Assembly: GCA_964532225.1 (NCBI GenBank)
Contig: CAZHHM010000003.1
Coordinates: 30,005-94,004 of the forward strand
From: an uncultured bacterium
GTDB lineage: Bacteria; Margulisbacteria; WOR-1; JAKLHX01
Reading direction: 5' to 3'
DNA: 64,000 nucleotides
Shown here: in pieces, positions 40,941 to 50,351 of the stretch
Layout: each line of letters starts with the position of its first letter
Position numbering within the stretch: the first letter of the stretch is position 1
The notes under the pieces: model-generated
Seen by the model: the letters and a program-made list of their open reading frames with translations, nothing else
The model's database searches: none
Told to the model about the DNA's origin: nothing
Position numbers and translations under genes: made by a program

Positions 40941-42421
40941 CTTTTCCCCCAAAGAACCTCTTTTGGGAACATATTATCCAGACCTAGAACGTTAGACGTA
41001 TCAAGGCGGGTCTTTAGGCCGGCCATTTCTTTTATGCCTTTATCCCCGTACATCTCTCTAAGAAACGCATGTTTTGTCTTTCCGATGCCGTGCTCCGCAG
41101 AGACGGTCCCTCCTAATGACAGCGCTTTGCGCACAAATTCGAGGTATATCCTCTTGACCTTCTCCTGCTCCTCCTGCGTACTTGGCAGCATATTCACATG
41201 GAAATGATTGTCACCGGCATGTCCGAATATCAGATGTGTCATTCCGGACTCTTCCAGCCTGTCACGGAAAAAATAGAACATCTCTTCGGCGCCTGTCTCG
41301 GGGACCGCAATATCCGTACCGGCTTTCGGATAGCCGTTCTTCTTCACGATTTCATTTACCAGTGCCGGAATGTCATACCTGATCTTTTTGAACCTGTTTA
41401 TCTTGTCATTCGTGTCAGCGAACCAGGTCTCGTCAAGCGAAGCTTTGTTCTTTTCAAGGATACGGCCCAGTTCTTCCAGATATCCGTCGCCTGTACCGGG
41501 CGATATCTCCTCTTCCAGGAATACGACCGATTCTGCCCATGCCGGGAGAGAAGGATGCCTTAACGAAAGAAGTTTGACGGCATTTTTGTCAAAATATTCC
41601 ATTGCAGCGGCGTTTAGACCTGTCCCGCGGCCCCGGTTCTTCAGCGATGCCTGCCTTATATCCTTCATGAACGATAAAGATGAAGGGATATCCCTGAAGA
41701 ACGCGAACACTGCCAGCAGATCATGCTCTTTTTTCAGAAGTCTGATATCCGCCTCAACAATACATGCCAATGTGCCCTCGCTGCCGATGAAGAGATCTAT
41801 GAGGTCCATTCCGTCCCTTGCGAAATACCCTGCAGAGTTCTTGATATCGGGCATCCTGTATCCGGGGACCCTGAAACTATTCAGCACAGGGACATCACAA
41901 AAGTCGCGCCCTTTTGAAATATACTTTCCTCTTGGAACATCAAGCATCTGACCGTCAACTGCTACCTTGAGCCTTTCGATATAATTCCTGGTAACTCCGT
42001 ATTTGAAGCTTCGCGCGCCGGAAGCGTTCGTTGAGATATTCCCGCCGATAAAGGAGGCGTCCTCCGTGGGGTCAGGGGGGTAGAAATATCCGTGGGCCTC
42101 GGCCGTTTCGTGAATATCCTTAAGAGATGTCCCGGAGCCTACCGTCATGACCGCGCCGTCTGTCGTTTTGCGAATGTCAGATATACTTTTGAACTGCTCC
42201 ATTGAAAGCACGCAACCGCCGAAAGGCACCCTTCCTCCCGTGGTGCCGGTCCCTCCGCCCGACAGGGTCAACGGGATTTTCTTTGCGGCATGAAAGGTGA
42301 TCAGGTCAGCGATCTCTTTTTCGTTTTGGGGGATATAGACCTTCGAGACATCCCTGCCTGCAAGCCCGGAACTGTCTTCAAGATACGGAGCGATATCCTG
42401 GGCAGATGTCTTTTCGATCAT
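40937..42421 (-). CDS. FAD-linked oxidase/dehydrogenase (GlcD / D-2-hydroxyacid dehydrogenase-like)
   Basis: GGGTG..GG, PPDP..S.IGGNISTNASG, FIGSEGTL, FGHAGDNHFH, SAEHGIG. Confidence 0.88.
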   Translation of the reverse strand: MIEKTSAQDIAPYLEDSSGLAGRDVSKVYIPQNEKEIADLITFHAAKKIPLTLSGGGTGTTGGRVPFGGCVLSMEQFKSISDIRKTTDGAVMTVGSGTSLKDIHETAEAHGYFYPPDPTEDASFIGGNISTNASGARSFKYGVTRNYIERLKVAVDGQMLDVPRGKYISKGRDFCDVPVLNSFRVPGYRMPDIKNSAGYFARDGMDLIDLFIGSEGTLACIVEADIRLLKKEHDLLAVFAFFRDIPSSLSFMKDIRQASLKNRGRGTGLNAAAMEYFDKNAVKLLSLRHPSLPAWAESVVFLEEEISPGTGDGYLEELGRILEKNKASLDETWFADTNDKINRFKKIRYDIPALVNEIVKKNGYPKAGTDIAVPETGAEEMFYFFRDRLEESGMTHLIFGHAGDNHFHVNMLPSTQEEQEKVKRIYLEFVRKALSLGGTVSAEHGIGKTKHAFLREMYGDKGIKEMAGLKTRLDTSNVLGLDNMFPKEVLWGKS

Positions 42422-42699
42422 TGTTCTATCTGGATCCAGCCCTCATGTTCAAAATGCCCCAGAAAATCATAGGATATCTTTGCTTTGTACCATTTTCCGT
42501 CCGCTGTGCGCCCTGTCACCTTGACCCCTATCGGGATATCGAACACTGAAGAGGCAGTAAGCGTCGGCGAAGAAAGGAGCCTTTTTACCGGGATATCGAG
42601 AGGAACGAATGCTTCGCCGCTGTCGGCGTAAGAAAGACCTGACAGGAGCACTGCCGTTGCCAGAACGGACATCAATCTGACCAAATAGCGTCTTGTCAT
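42418..42699 (-). CDS. Small exported protein, SH3b-like
   Basis: Signal peptide; G..V.VTGRTADGKWYK...EGWI resembles bacterial SH3; translationally coupled on both sides. Confidence 0.6.
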   Translation of the reverse strand: MTRRYLVRLMSVLATAVLLSGLSYADSGEAFVPLDIPVKRLLSSPTLTASSVFDIPIGVKVTGRTADGKWYKAKISYDFLGHFEHEGWIQIEQ

Positions 42700-44525
42700 T
42701 TGCCGTCTTCTTTAACGGACGCGTTTATATCGATCATCTCTACCCCAGGCATATATTCCCTGATAATCGGCTCGGAGATATGAGCCAGGTTCCTGAGTAT
42801 CTCTCTTATTCTTTTTGACTCGTCTGAGATCGTTGCGAGCTTTTCTTTTATCAGTGTCATGTCCGCCTCACTCCCAGACTCAAGCTTCATAAGCAGCCCC
42901 TGTGACTGCGCAAGAACGGTCGTCAGCGGGTTGTTTATCTCATGCTGCAGACTTACCGTGAGCTTTGTCAGAGTGGAAAGCCTTTCTGCTTTGACCAGCT
43001 CCTCCCTTGTCTCGATAAGCTCTTTGTTCATTTTTTCGAGCATGACCGTGTATTTTTCCCTGGCCTGGCCCTCAGCGATCTTTTTTGCCGTATCCTTTTC
43101 CCTCTCAAGCAGTATCGCGTTCTGTATGAATATCGCGTTCTGGTTGGCAAGCGTTGTCAGGAAGCTTAGGTCCTCGTCGGTGAACGGGGCCTTTGATGCT
43201 TTGTCGCTCAGGGCAAGGAAAGCGACAAGTTTTTCATTGTAGAGGCTGGGAACGACAAGCGACGCGTTCAGCCTCTGGAAATCCGCTACGATGGCTAACA
43301 GCCTGTCCTTATCCGAGCCCCGGCTGTCCTGAGCCTGCTTCTCGATATCATGCATCAGGATGAATTTTTTCTTGTCCTCCATGGCTTCGATTATCGCGAA
43401 GTTGGAGGAGATGGTGAAACATGTAAGGTCTTTGCACGTACCTTCGTTGCCTTTCACCTCGTATCGGTCCTTTTTTTCGTTGTAAAGAAATAGCGCCGCT
43501 CCGTCCAGCTTCATCCTGGACTTCAGTATCCTTGCGGTCAGCTTAAGAAGCCTGTCGATATCCGGCAGATAGCTCATAGCAGATGAAGTTTCCCTCAGGG
43601 TCTTCTCGTAATCGAATTTTGTCCTGAAAAGGATCTTGTCAACGGTCTCCTGGATCCAGTCCCTTAGGGTCTCGAATATGAACGCGAAAAAGAAGAAAAA
43701 GAATATCCCTATGAAGAAGGAATAACTGGTCAGCGTGTTCTGGAAATACCTGGCAAGAGCGAATATCAGTCCGAAATACGACCCCGTAACAAGTCCTGCC
43801 AGTATGAAGTATGCGATACTTTTTCCGAGTATCGCGTTAAAGCCCATGAACCTGAAACGAAGTATGGCGTATGTTGTGCTGAAGGTAAAAGCTATTGTTG
43901 AAAGCGGTCCCAGCGCATGGAAGATATGCCACCGGTACTCTATCCCCAATAACGGGATGACAAGATTGAACGTCCCTCCCACCACAAGAGGTACGAGCAA
44001 GCCTCCCAGGACATAGGTTATCTGGACCCTTTCGGTCCCGGTGTATTTGAAGAACTTGGATATGAGGATCCAGAAAGCTGCGGCAAAAAAGAACGTCAGG
44101 TAGATCAGAAGGAATATGTGAAAAGCAGTTATCCCTTCTGAGATCACATCCCCCGGGAGGAAAGAAACGCTCGAAAACGGAAGTTGTGTGGCAAGCAGGT
44201 ACGCAGATATCGGCGCAGGGAGAAATATCACCAGAGTTTCCATCAGACCGACAGGCTTGTCCTCTGGGAATACGAGAGAGAAGTAAAGCATCAGGGAAGG
44301 AACAAAAGTCACGGCCCCATAGCACATCTTAACCCCGTAAAAGAACATATCCTGATGTGATGAAACATGGAAATTCGCGATATATGCGAAAAATATCCAG
44401 ACCGCTGTCGAAAGAACGATAAGACCGAAAGACCGGTTTATCTTGCTGCCAAGGCCTTTGTAAAGCACGAATATCGCCAGGAGAAGGTTGGCCGCGATCG
44501 CCAGCAGATATATTAGGTGTATCAT
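42696..44525 (-). CDS. Membrane sensor: multi-TM N-terminus, GAF domain and HisKA/DHp, with no HATPase domain
   Basis: About 9 TM helices; GAF (SLVVPSLYNEKLVAFLALSDK..FTDEDLSFL.TLANQ); H-box HEINNPL; the protein ends roughly 70 aa later. Confidence 0.8.
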   Translation of the reverse strand: MIHLIYLLAIAANLLLAIFVLYKGLGSKINRSFGLIVLSTAVWIFFAYIANFHVSSHQDMFFYGVKMCYGAVTFVPSLMLYFSLVFPEDKPVGLMETLVIFLPAPISAYLLATQLPFSSVSFLPGDVISEGITAFHIFLLIYLTFFFAAAFWILISKFFKYTGTERVQITYVLGGLLVPLVVGGTFNLVIPLLGIEYRWHIFHALGPLSTIAFTFSTTYAILRFRFMGFNAILGKSIAYFILAGLVTGSYFGLIFALARYFQNTLTSYSFFIGIFFFFFFAFIFETLRDWIQETVDKILFRTKFDYEKTLRETSSAMSYLPDIDRLLKLTARILKSRMKLDGAALFLYNEKKDRYEVKGNEGTCKDLTCFTISSNFAIIEAMEDKKKFILMHDIEKQAQDSRGSDKDRLLAIVADFQRLNASLVVPSLYNEKLVAFLALSDKASKAPFTDEDLSFLTTLANQNAIFIQNAILLEREKDTAKKIAEGQAREKYTVMLEKMNKELIETREELVKAERLSTLTKLTVSLQHEINNPLTTVLAQSQGLLMKLESGSEADMTLIKEKLATISDESKRIREILRNLAHISEPIIREYMPGVEMIDINASVKEDGK

Positions 44526-44532
44526 TTACTCA

Positions 44533-44558
44533 ATTATACAGAAAAGTGATCATTTTTC
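44533..44558 (-). promoter_or_regulatory. TATAAT -10 box (7 nt before the sensor ATG) preceded by an 18-bp near-perfect palindrome
   Basis: attata at 44533-44538; gaaaagtgatcatttttc at 44541-44558. Confidence 0.55.
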
Positions 44559-45734
44559 CTAACTCTGCGAAATATCACAGGGGAGATCGTCCGCTCCGAT
44601 CATATCCCCTCTTGCCAGAACTACCGTCCTTTCGACTATATTGATCAGCTCCCTGATATTGCCGGGCCAGCGGTACCTGCAAAGGAGGTCAATAGCTTTC
44701 TGGTCAAAGCCTTTGACCTGTCTGCCGACCTTCTTATTGATCCTGTCAAGGAAGTATGAGATCAGTACAATAATATCCTCGCCCCTCTCACGGAGAGGAG
44801 GAACGTTCACCGGAATGACGTTAAGCCTGTAATAAAGATCATCCCTGAAAGAGCCTTTTAAGACCAGTTCCTTGAGATCGGCGTTAGTCGCACAAATGAC
44901 CCTTACGTCGACAGGGATGGTCTCAACGCCCCCTATCCTTGTGATCTCGCCTTCCTGAAGGACCCTTAATAGTTTTGCCTGCATACTTTGAGGAAGGCAT
45001 CCTATCTCGTCCAGGAATATCGTCCCGCCGTCCGCCAGCTCGAACTTGCCGGGCTTACGTTCGAACGCCCCTGTGAAAGCCCCTCTTTCATAACCAAAGA
45101 GCTCCGACTCGAACAAGGTCTCGGGGATAGCTGCGCAATTTATCGCGATGAACGGCCTTTCGGCCCTTTTGCTCCTTTTGTGCACTGATCTTGCGACCAT
45201 TTCCTTCCCGCTGCCGGTCTCCCCGGTTATCATCACGGAACTGTCTGAACGGGCTATTGCGTCGATATCTTTGAGGAGGGCCGTCATTTTTGGCGAGCCG
45301 CCGATCATATCATCAAATGTCTTCCCTACTATCGTGCGGAGAATGTTGTTGTCCCTGGCCAGTTCCTTTTTTTCTATGGCCTTTTCGATGACTATCCGCA
45401 GTTCCTCATCATCAAAGGGCTTTACCACGTAATCATAAGCGCCTGCCCTCATGGCAAGAGTTGCGGTCTTCGCATCGGACATCGCGGTCACCATGATCAC
45501 CACGGCATCGGAGCCTGTTAAGATTATTTTGTTGAGGATGTCGATGCCGTTAGTCTCGCCCATACGGACATCAAGGAGCACAACATCGGCCGATCTGGTC
45601 CGAATATGTGACAGCGCTTCTTCGGGGTCGCTGAAGGTCAGGACGTTGTACTCGTTCTTGAACAGGGCCTTAATGGCCCTCAGTATGCCCTGTTCGTCAT
45701 CGATAGCGACAACGGTATATTTCCGTTTTGCCAT
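44559..45734 (-). CDS. NtrC-family sigma54-dependent response regulator (REC plus AAA+) without a C-terminal HTH
   Basis: DDE, LLDVRM, KPF (REC); GETGSGKE, ESELFGYERGAFTGA, FLDEIG, WPGNIREL; stop follows DDLPCDISQS. Confidence 0.9.
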   Translation of the reverse strand: MAKRKYTVVAIDDEQGILRAIKALFKNEYNVLTFSDPEEALSHIRTRSADVVLLDVRMGETNGIDILNKIILTGSDAVVIMVTAMSDAKTATLAMRAGAYDYVVKPFDDEELRIVIEKAIEKKELARDNNILRTIVGKTFDDMIGGSPKMTALLKDIDAIARSDSSVMITGETGSGKEMVARSVHKRSKRAERPFIAINCAAIPETLFESELFGYERGAFTGAFERKPGKFELADGGTIFLDEIGCLPQSMQAKLLRVLQEGEITRIGGVETIPVDVRVICATNADLKELVLKGSFRDDLYYRLNVIPVNVPPLRERGEDIIVLISYFLDRINKKVGRQVKGFDQKAIDLLCRYRWPGNIRELINIVERTVVLARGDMIGADDLPCDISQS

Positions 45735-45750
45735 CAACCCTTTCCCGGGG

Positions 45751-47331
45751 TCAGATCTTTACCAGTTTTGCGCTAGTGACCCCTTCGATCTTGTGGATCT
45801 GTGCAAGAACACCTTCGGAGATCACATTGTCTATGTTAAGTACCATGACCGCTTTGCCTCCGATCGTCTCCCTGCCTACGTCCATTGAAGCAATATTGAT
45901 GCCGTTGTTGCCCAGAAGCGTCCCTACCTTGCCGATAATGCCGGGCCTGTCGGTATGGTTGGTTATCAGCATATACCCTGACGGGACGACGTCCGTATTG
46001 AACGAATCTATCCTTACCAGCCTCTCTCCGAAAGTACCAAGAACAGTGGCGGCCACGGTCCTTTTCTCTTTTTCTGTCGTTACCGCAACTGATATCAGGT
46101 TGGAGAAGTTCTCTGAATCTCCGCTCTTGATCTCTTTTATCGATATCCCGCGTTCTTTTGCGATGAGCGGCGCATTCACATGATTGATGCTGTCCCCCAA
46201 TGCACTCTCAAGTATCCCTTTAATAATGGCTATAGTTAGAGGAGAGTTGTCATTCTCGCAAAGCTCGCCTAGATATGATATCTCGACCGATAAGATCGGC
46301 CCGTTCACGATCTGCGACGCGAAACGTCCCAGTTTCTCTGACACGGGGAGATATTGCTTTACCGGCCCAAGCAGATGAGGCTTCATTGCCGGTATGTTCA
46401 CGGCCGCCCTTGCAGGCTCGCCTTTAAGGACATCGATTATCTGCTCAGCTACATCAACGGCGACATTTACCTGCGCTTCAACCGTTGAAGCACCGAGATG
46501 CGGGGTCGCTATCACGTTCTGGAGCTCGATAAGAGGATTTTCCGGCGCCGGCTCGACCTCGAACACATCGAGCGCCGCAGCGGCTACTTTCCCTGACACA
46601 AGCGCATCCTTGAGATCGGATTCGTCAACGATCCCTCCCCTTGCCACGTTGATGATCTTTACTCCGTCCTTCATTATGGCGAATTTGTCCTTATTGATCA
46701 TACGGGCGGTCTCTTTGGTCTTAGGAATATGGAAAGTGATGTAATCAGACATCTTAAGCAGGTCGTCAACGGGTTTCAGCTCAACTCCGAGCTTCTTTGT
46801 GTACTCCTCGTTAACAAAAGGGTCCGAAACTACGACCTTCATGCCTAGAGCCAGAGCGTAAGACGCTACACGGCTGCCGATCTTGCCAATGCCGACTATG
46901 CCCAGCGTTTTATTGTAAAGCTCCGAACCCATGAACTTGCCGCGGTCCCATTTCTTGGACTTGAGACTGGAACAAGCCTGAGGGATATTCCTTGAAAGGG
47001 CCATTATCATGGCAAACGTATGCTCGGCTGCTGCAATAGTATTGCCTTCAGGGGAGTTGACGACCACTATACCCTTTTTTGTGGCAGCGGGGACGTCGAT
47101 ATTGTCCACGCCCACTCCAGCCCTGCCTATGATCTTGAGCTTGTCCGCCTTTTCAATTATCTTTGCCGTTACCTTTGTCTCGCTGCGGACCATCATGGCA
47201 TCATACTGCCCGATACATTCGACAAGCTGGTCCTCCGTCATACCGGTCTTCACCTCGACATCAAAGCCGGCCTTCATTATCAGTTCTATGCCTTCCTTTG
47301 CGGCTTTATCCGCTATAAGGACCTTCATCAA
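45751..47331 (-). CDS. serA: D-3-phosphoglycerate dehydrogenase, long form with ASB and ACT domains
   Basis: GRAGVGVDN, GIGKIG, NVARGG, ALDVF, TPHLGAST.EAQ, HTDRPGIIG (ACT). Confidence 0.96.
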   Translation of the reverse strand: MMKVLIADKAAKEGIELIMKAGFDVEVKTGMTEDQLVECIGQYDAMMVRSETKVTAKIIEKADKLKIIGRAGVGVDNIDVPAATKKGIVVVNSPEGNTIAAAEHTFAMIMALSRNIPQACSSLKSKKWDRGKFMGSELYNKTLGIVGIGKIGSRVASYALALGMKVVVSDPFVNEEYTKKLGVELKPVDDLLKMSDYITFHIPKTKETARMINKDKFAIMKDGVKIINVARGGIVDESDLKDALVSGKVAAAALDVFEVEPAPENPLIELQNVIATPHLGASTVEAQVNVAVDVAEQIIDVLKGEPARAAVNIPAMKPHLLGPVKQYLPVSEKLGRFASQIVNGPILSVEISYLGELCENDNSPLTIAIIKGILESALGDSINHVNAPLIAKERGISIKEIKSGDSENFSNLISVAVTTEKEKRTVAATVLGTFGERLVRIDSFNTDVVPSGYMLITNHTDRPGIIGKVGTLLGNNGINIASMDVGRETIGGKAVMVLNIDNVISEGVLAQIHKIEGVTSAKLVKI

Positions 47332-48470
47332 AGCATCTCAAGCGCGGCAGCAACACCGGCGCCTTTTTTTACGTTGAAACCGATCTCAGCAAGTGACTTT
47401 TCGATGGCACCGAGCGCAGCTACCAGCTCCAGCTGGTCGACGTACCCCAGATGACCGATCCTGAACACCTTGCCTTTTAGCTCTTCCTGTCCGCCGGCAA
47501 GTACCACACCGAACTTTTCCCTGACTATCTTTCTCATCGCATCAGCATCTACTCCATCCGGAGGGAACACTGCGGTAACTGCTTTTGATGCCACACTGTC
47601 ATCAGCAAGAAGCTTAAGACCAAGGGCTTTCATGCCGGCCCTTGCAGCTTTCTGCATCTTTTCGTGTCTTGCGAAAATGTTCTCCAGTCCTTCCGCCCTT
47701 ATCATCTTTATCGATTCCTGCATCCCGTAAATTACCGAGAGGGCCGGCGTCCACGGGGTCTCCCCTTTCTCGGCGAATTTCATGGCTTTTTGGAGATCAA
47801 AGTAGAAACGCGGGCATTTCGCCGTCTTATTCGCTTCCCATGCTTTCTTGCTGACAGATATAAAAGCAAGTCCTGGAGGCACCATGAAAGCTTTCTGTGA
47901 TCCGGATACGACCACATCAAGTCCCCATTCATCCGTCTTTAGCGGGGCCGTAAGCAGCCCGGAGACCGCATCAACAACGATGAGAGCACCGTGCTTCCTT
48001 ACGATCTCAGAGATCTTCTTTACGTCGTTAAGTACTCCGGTAGATGTCTCGTTGTGCTGGAACATCACGCCTTTTATGGCCTTAGCTTTGTCAGCGTTCA
48101 GGGTCTCTTCGAGCTTTGCAGTATCCGCCGCCTTGCCGCGCTCTGACTTGATCTCGATCACGTCAAGACCGTAAGCTTTTGAAATATTGATGAACCGCTG
48201 GCCGAAAGCCCCGATATTCAGCACGACGACCTTGTCGCCGGGCGAAAAGAAATTGACCACTGCCGTTTCCAGACCTCCAGTACCTGAGCTCGTCAGGACC
48301 ACCAGGTCGTTCTGCGTCTGGTATGACCATTTGACACCGTCGACTATCTCGCCGAACATCTTTGAGAACGAAGGGCCTCTGTGGTTAATCATCTGTTTCG
48401 CTGAAGCTGAAAGTATGTTGACCGGGACAGGGGTTGGGCCTGGGATCATCAGATATTCTTTAAAAGCCAT
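47328..48470 (-). CDS. Class V PLP aminotransferase (serine-pyruvate/alanine-glyoxylate type; probably fills the SerC role)
   Basis: MIPGPTPVP, HNETSTGV, DAVSG, SGSQKAF (PLP Lys), FRIGHLG; coupled to serA. Confidence 0.88.
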   Translation of the reverse strand: MAFKEYLMIPGPTPVPVNILSASAKQMINHRGPSFSKMFGEIVDGVKWSYQTQNDLVVLTSSGTGGLETAVVNFFSPGDKVVVLNIGAFGQRFINISKAYGLDVIEIKSERGKAADTAKLEETLNADKAKAIKGVMFQHNETSTGVLNDVKKISEIVRKHGALIVVDAVSGLLTAPLKTDEWGLDVVVSGSQKAFMVPPGLAFISVSKKAWEANKTAKCPRFYFDLQKAMKFAEKGETPWTPALSVIYGMQESIKMIRAEGLENIFARHEKMQKAARAGMKALGLKLLADDSVASKAVTAVFPPDGVDADAMRKIVREKFGVVLAGGQEELKGKVFRIGHLGYVDQLELVAALGAIEKSLAEIGFNVKKGAGVAAALEML

Positions 48471-48505
48471 GGGAGTTTCCTTTCTAAGAGTGGGTCTTTG
48501 AGTTA

Positions 48506-48534
48506 ATTATATATAATGAGCTCTCCCCGGTCAA
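48506..48534 (-). promoter_or_regulatory. Sigma70 promoter TTGACC-17nt-TATAAT for the aminotransferase-serA operon
   Basis: ggtcaa at 48529-48534 and attata at 48506-48511; AAGGA SD further downstream. Confidence 0.7.
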
Positions 48535-48594
48535 CAAGGGCAAAATCATGCAACTTTTCCTCACAGGACCCGATATATATATAAGGGGAAAACA

Positions 48595-49362
48595 ATGAAC
48601 AATATGAACATCAATATGGTCACCAGAGCCCAGCCCGTCTCAAGATCTATGCGTATGGACGATAAGATACCCGACCCTGCCCTTTATTGGAGAGGGTTCC
48701 CCTCCGGGGTCAGCTATTTTTCCGCGAAAGAGTTCAGGAACCTGGCTCCCGGTTACACACAATACCTTACATTCGACCTTAAGGACGGCAGGTTCCAGTT
48801 GCATACCACTGACATTAACGGGACCATGCGTACTGATATCTTTTTCGATGTCCAGACGGGAATAATTAGGCTTCAGGTCACAGGGAGAGGGAACCCGATA
48901 ACCGACATCCTGCTCAGGCCTCCCCTGAACCAGAAAGAAGCTGAAGAATATATCAAGCTCCTTACCGAACTAAAAAAAGTCGCTCAGGATATGATCAATT
49001 CCGGAAAATCAGAACTGCAGAACACTGCAGATTATCTGGAATTCGTAATAAGGTCGGTCAGGGAAAAATTCCCGACCTCCGTAAATTCAGGCCAGATCGC
49101 GCTGAACATCAAGCTTGGGACGAATTACCCGAACCCTGTCTCGACCAGCGCAAATATACCTTTCGAAACGCTTGAGAAAGCTTTCGTAAGGATAAAGATA
49201 ACCGACATCATGGGAAGGACGGTTGCCGTGGTCTTTGAAGGCGACAAACCTGCAGGCCAGCATTCAGTGTCTTTCAACAGAGGGGACATATCTGCCGGCA
49301 CATATTATGTGGTAATGGAAACAGAAGGCATAAGGATCAGCAAACCCATCCAGATAAGATAG
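48595..49362 (+). CDS. Hypothetical protein with a C-terminal T9SS-CTD/FlgD-like Ig domain
   Basis: C-terminus LGTNYPNPVS..F..V.I.I.DIMGR.V...G.H...F...SAGTYY; no signal peptide visible. Confidence 0.75.
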   Translation: MNNMNINMVTRAQPVSRSMRMDDKIPDPALYWRGFPSGVSYFSAKEFRNLAPGYTQYLTFDLKDGRFQLHTTDINGTMRTDIFFDVQTGIIRLQVTGRGNPITDILLRPPLNQKEAEEYIKLLTELKKVAQDMINSGKSELQNTADYLEFVIRSVREKFPTSVNSGQIALNIKLGTNYPNPVSTSANIPFETLEKAFVRIKITDIMGRTVAVVFEGDKPAGQHSVSFNRGDISAGTYYVVMETEGIRISKPIQIR

Positions 49363-49382
49363 GGAAAGGGCCGTGAATACCT

Positions 49383-49413
49383 GAACTCCCCGTTTCCGGG
49401 GAGTTCTTTTTTT
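49383..49413 (+). terminator. Rho-independent terminator
   Basis: 10-bp stem gaactccccg/cggggagttc, loop tttc, then T7. Confidence 0.85.
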
Positions 49414-49419
49414 CTTTGA

Positions 49420-49890
49420 TCAGCGCTTGCTGTACTGGAATCGTTTTCTTGCCTTTTTCTGGCCGTACTTCTTTCTCTCTTTCATTCTCGGGTCCCTGAC
49501 CAGGCAACCTGCTTTGCTGAGCACCGGCTTGCTTTCAGGGTTCACCAGCAGAAGCGCCCTCGCGATAGCGAGCTTTGCAGCCTCCGCCTGCGCGGGGATC
49601 CCTCCGCCTGATGCCTTGCATATCGCGTTGAACTTTGATGCCACGTTCAGGAGCTTGAACGGCTTTTCGATCTCGCCGATCAGCTTATCCCTGTTAGAAA
49701 CGTACTCAGCATGATGCTTGCCGTTTATCGTGATGTCTCCCTTTCCGCTCACAAGGAGAACTCTCACGATAGCCGTTTTCCTTCTGCCGACCGCCTGATA
49801 GCCTTCCTTGGTCTTCTTTCTCGGCTTTTTCGGCTTATGATCTGATGATTGCGCCTCTCCGCTGACTACCGTCTCTAGGTTCTCTGACAT
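49420..49890 (-). CDS. rpsI: 30S ribosomal protein S9
   Basis: GRRKTA, GGGIPAQ, RDPRMKERKKYG..ARKRFQYSKR. Confidence 0.98.
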   Translation of the reverse strand: MSENLETVVSGEAQSSDHKPKKPRKKTKEGYQAVGRRKTAIVRVLLVSGKGDITINGKHHAEYVSNRDKLIGEIEKPFKLLNVASKFNAICKASGGGIPAQAEAAKLAIARALLLVNPESKPVLSKAGCLVRDPRMKERKKYGQKKARKRFQYSKR

Positions 49891-49900
49891 CTTCCCCTCC

Positions 49901-50338
49901 CTATACTGTTAAAGTTTCCGGCTTTTGTGCCTGTTGTTTGAACGTATCGCCTGCATAGACCTTCAGCTTCGTTATCAGCTTATCGCCGAGCCTTCCCTTG
50001 GGAAGCATCCCTCTGACAGCCTTGATTATCACCTTTTCGGGCGACTTTTCCATCTTCACCTCAAGGCTTACGCTCTTTGCGCCGTGAGGATAGCCGGAGT
50101 GGGTAAAATACATCTTCTGCTTGAGCTTATCACCTGTAACTTTGATCTTTGACGCGTTTATCACGATCACGAAGTCCCCTGTATCAAAGCTGGGTGTGAA
50201 GACAACTTCGTCCTTGCCTCTGATGACCTGAGCCACTTTGCTGGCCAGTCTTCCAAGGACCTTGTCCGTAGCATCGACAAGATACCATTTCCTGGATACT
50301 TTGTCCGCCTTTGCGCTGTATGTAGAATTCCTTTTCAT
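49901..50338 (-). CDS. rplM: 50S ribosomal protein L13
   Basis: WYLVDA..LGRLAS, DTGDFVIVINA, AVRGMLPK. Confidence 0.98.
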   Translation of the reverse strand: MKRNSTYSAKADKVSRKWYLVDATDKVLGRLASKVAQVIRGKDEVVFTPSFDTGDFVIVINASKIKVTGDKLKQKMYFTHSGYPHGAKSVSLEVKMEKSPEKVIIKAVRGMLPKGRLGDKLITKLKVYAGDTFKQQAQKPETLTV

Positions 50339-50351
50339 TTTCTTGACCTCT

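Noticed and set aside
40937-47331. SerA / D-2-hydroxyglutarate dehydrogenase metabolic coupling with the FAD oxidase
   Set aside because: The long ASB-ACT SerA type is not the form known for 2-oxoglutarate reduction, a separate promoter lies between the genes, and the oxidase substrate cannot be read from the sequence.
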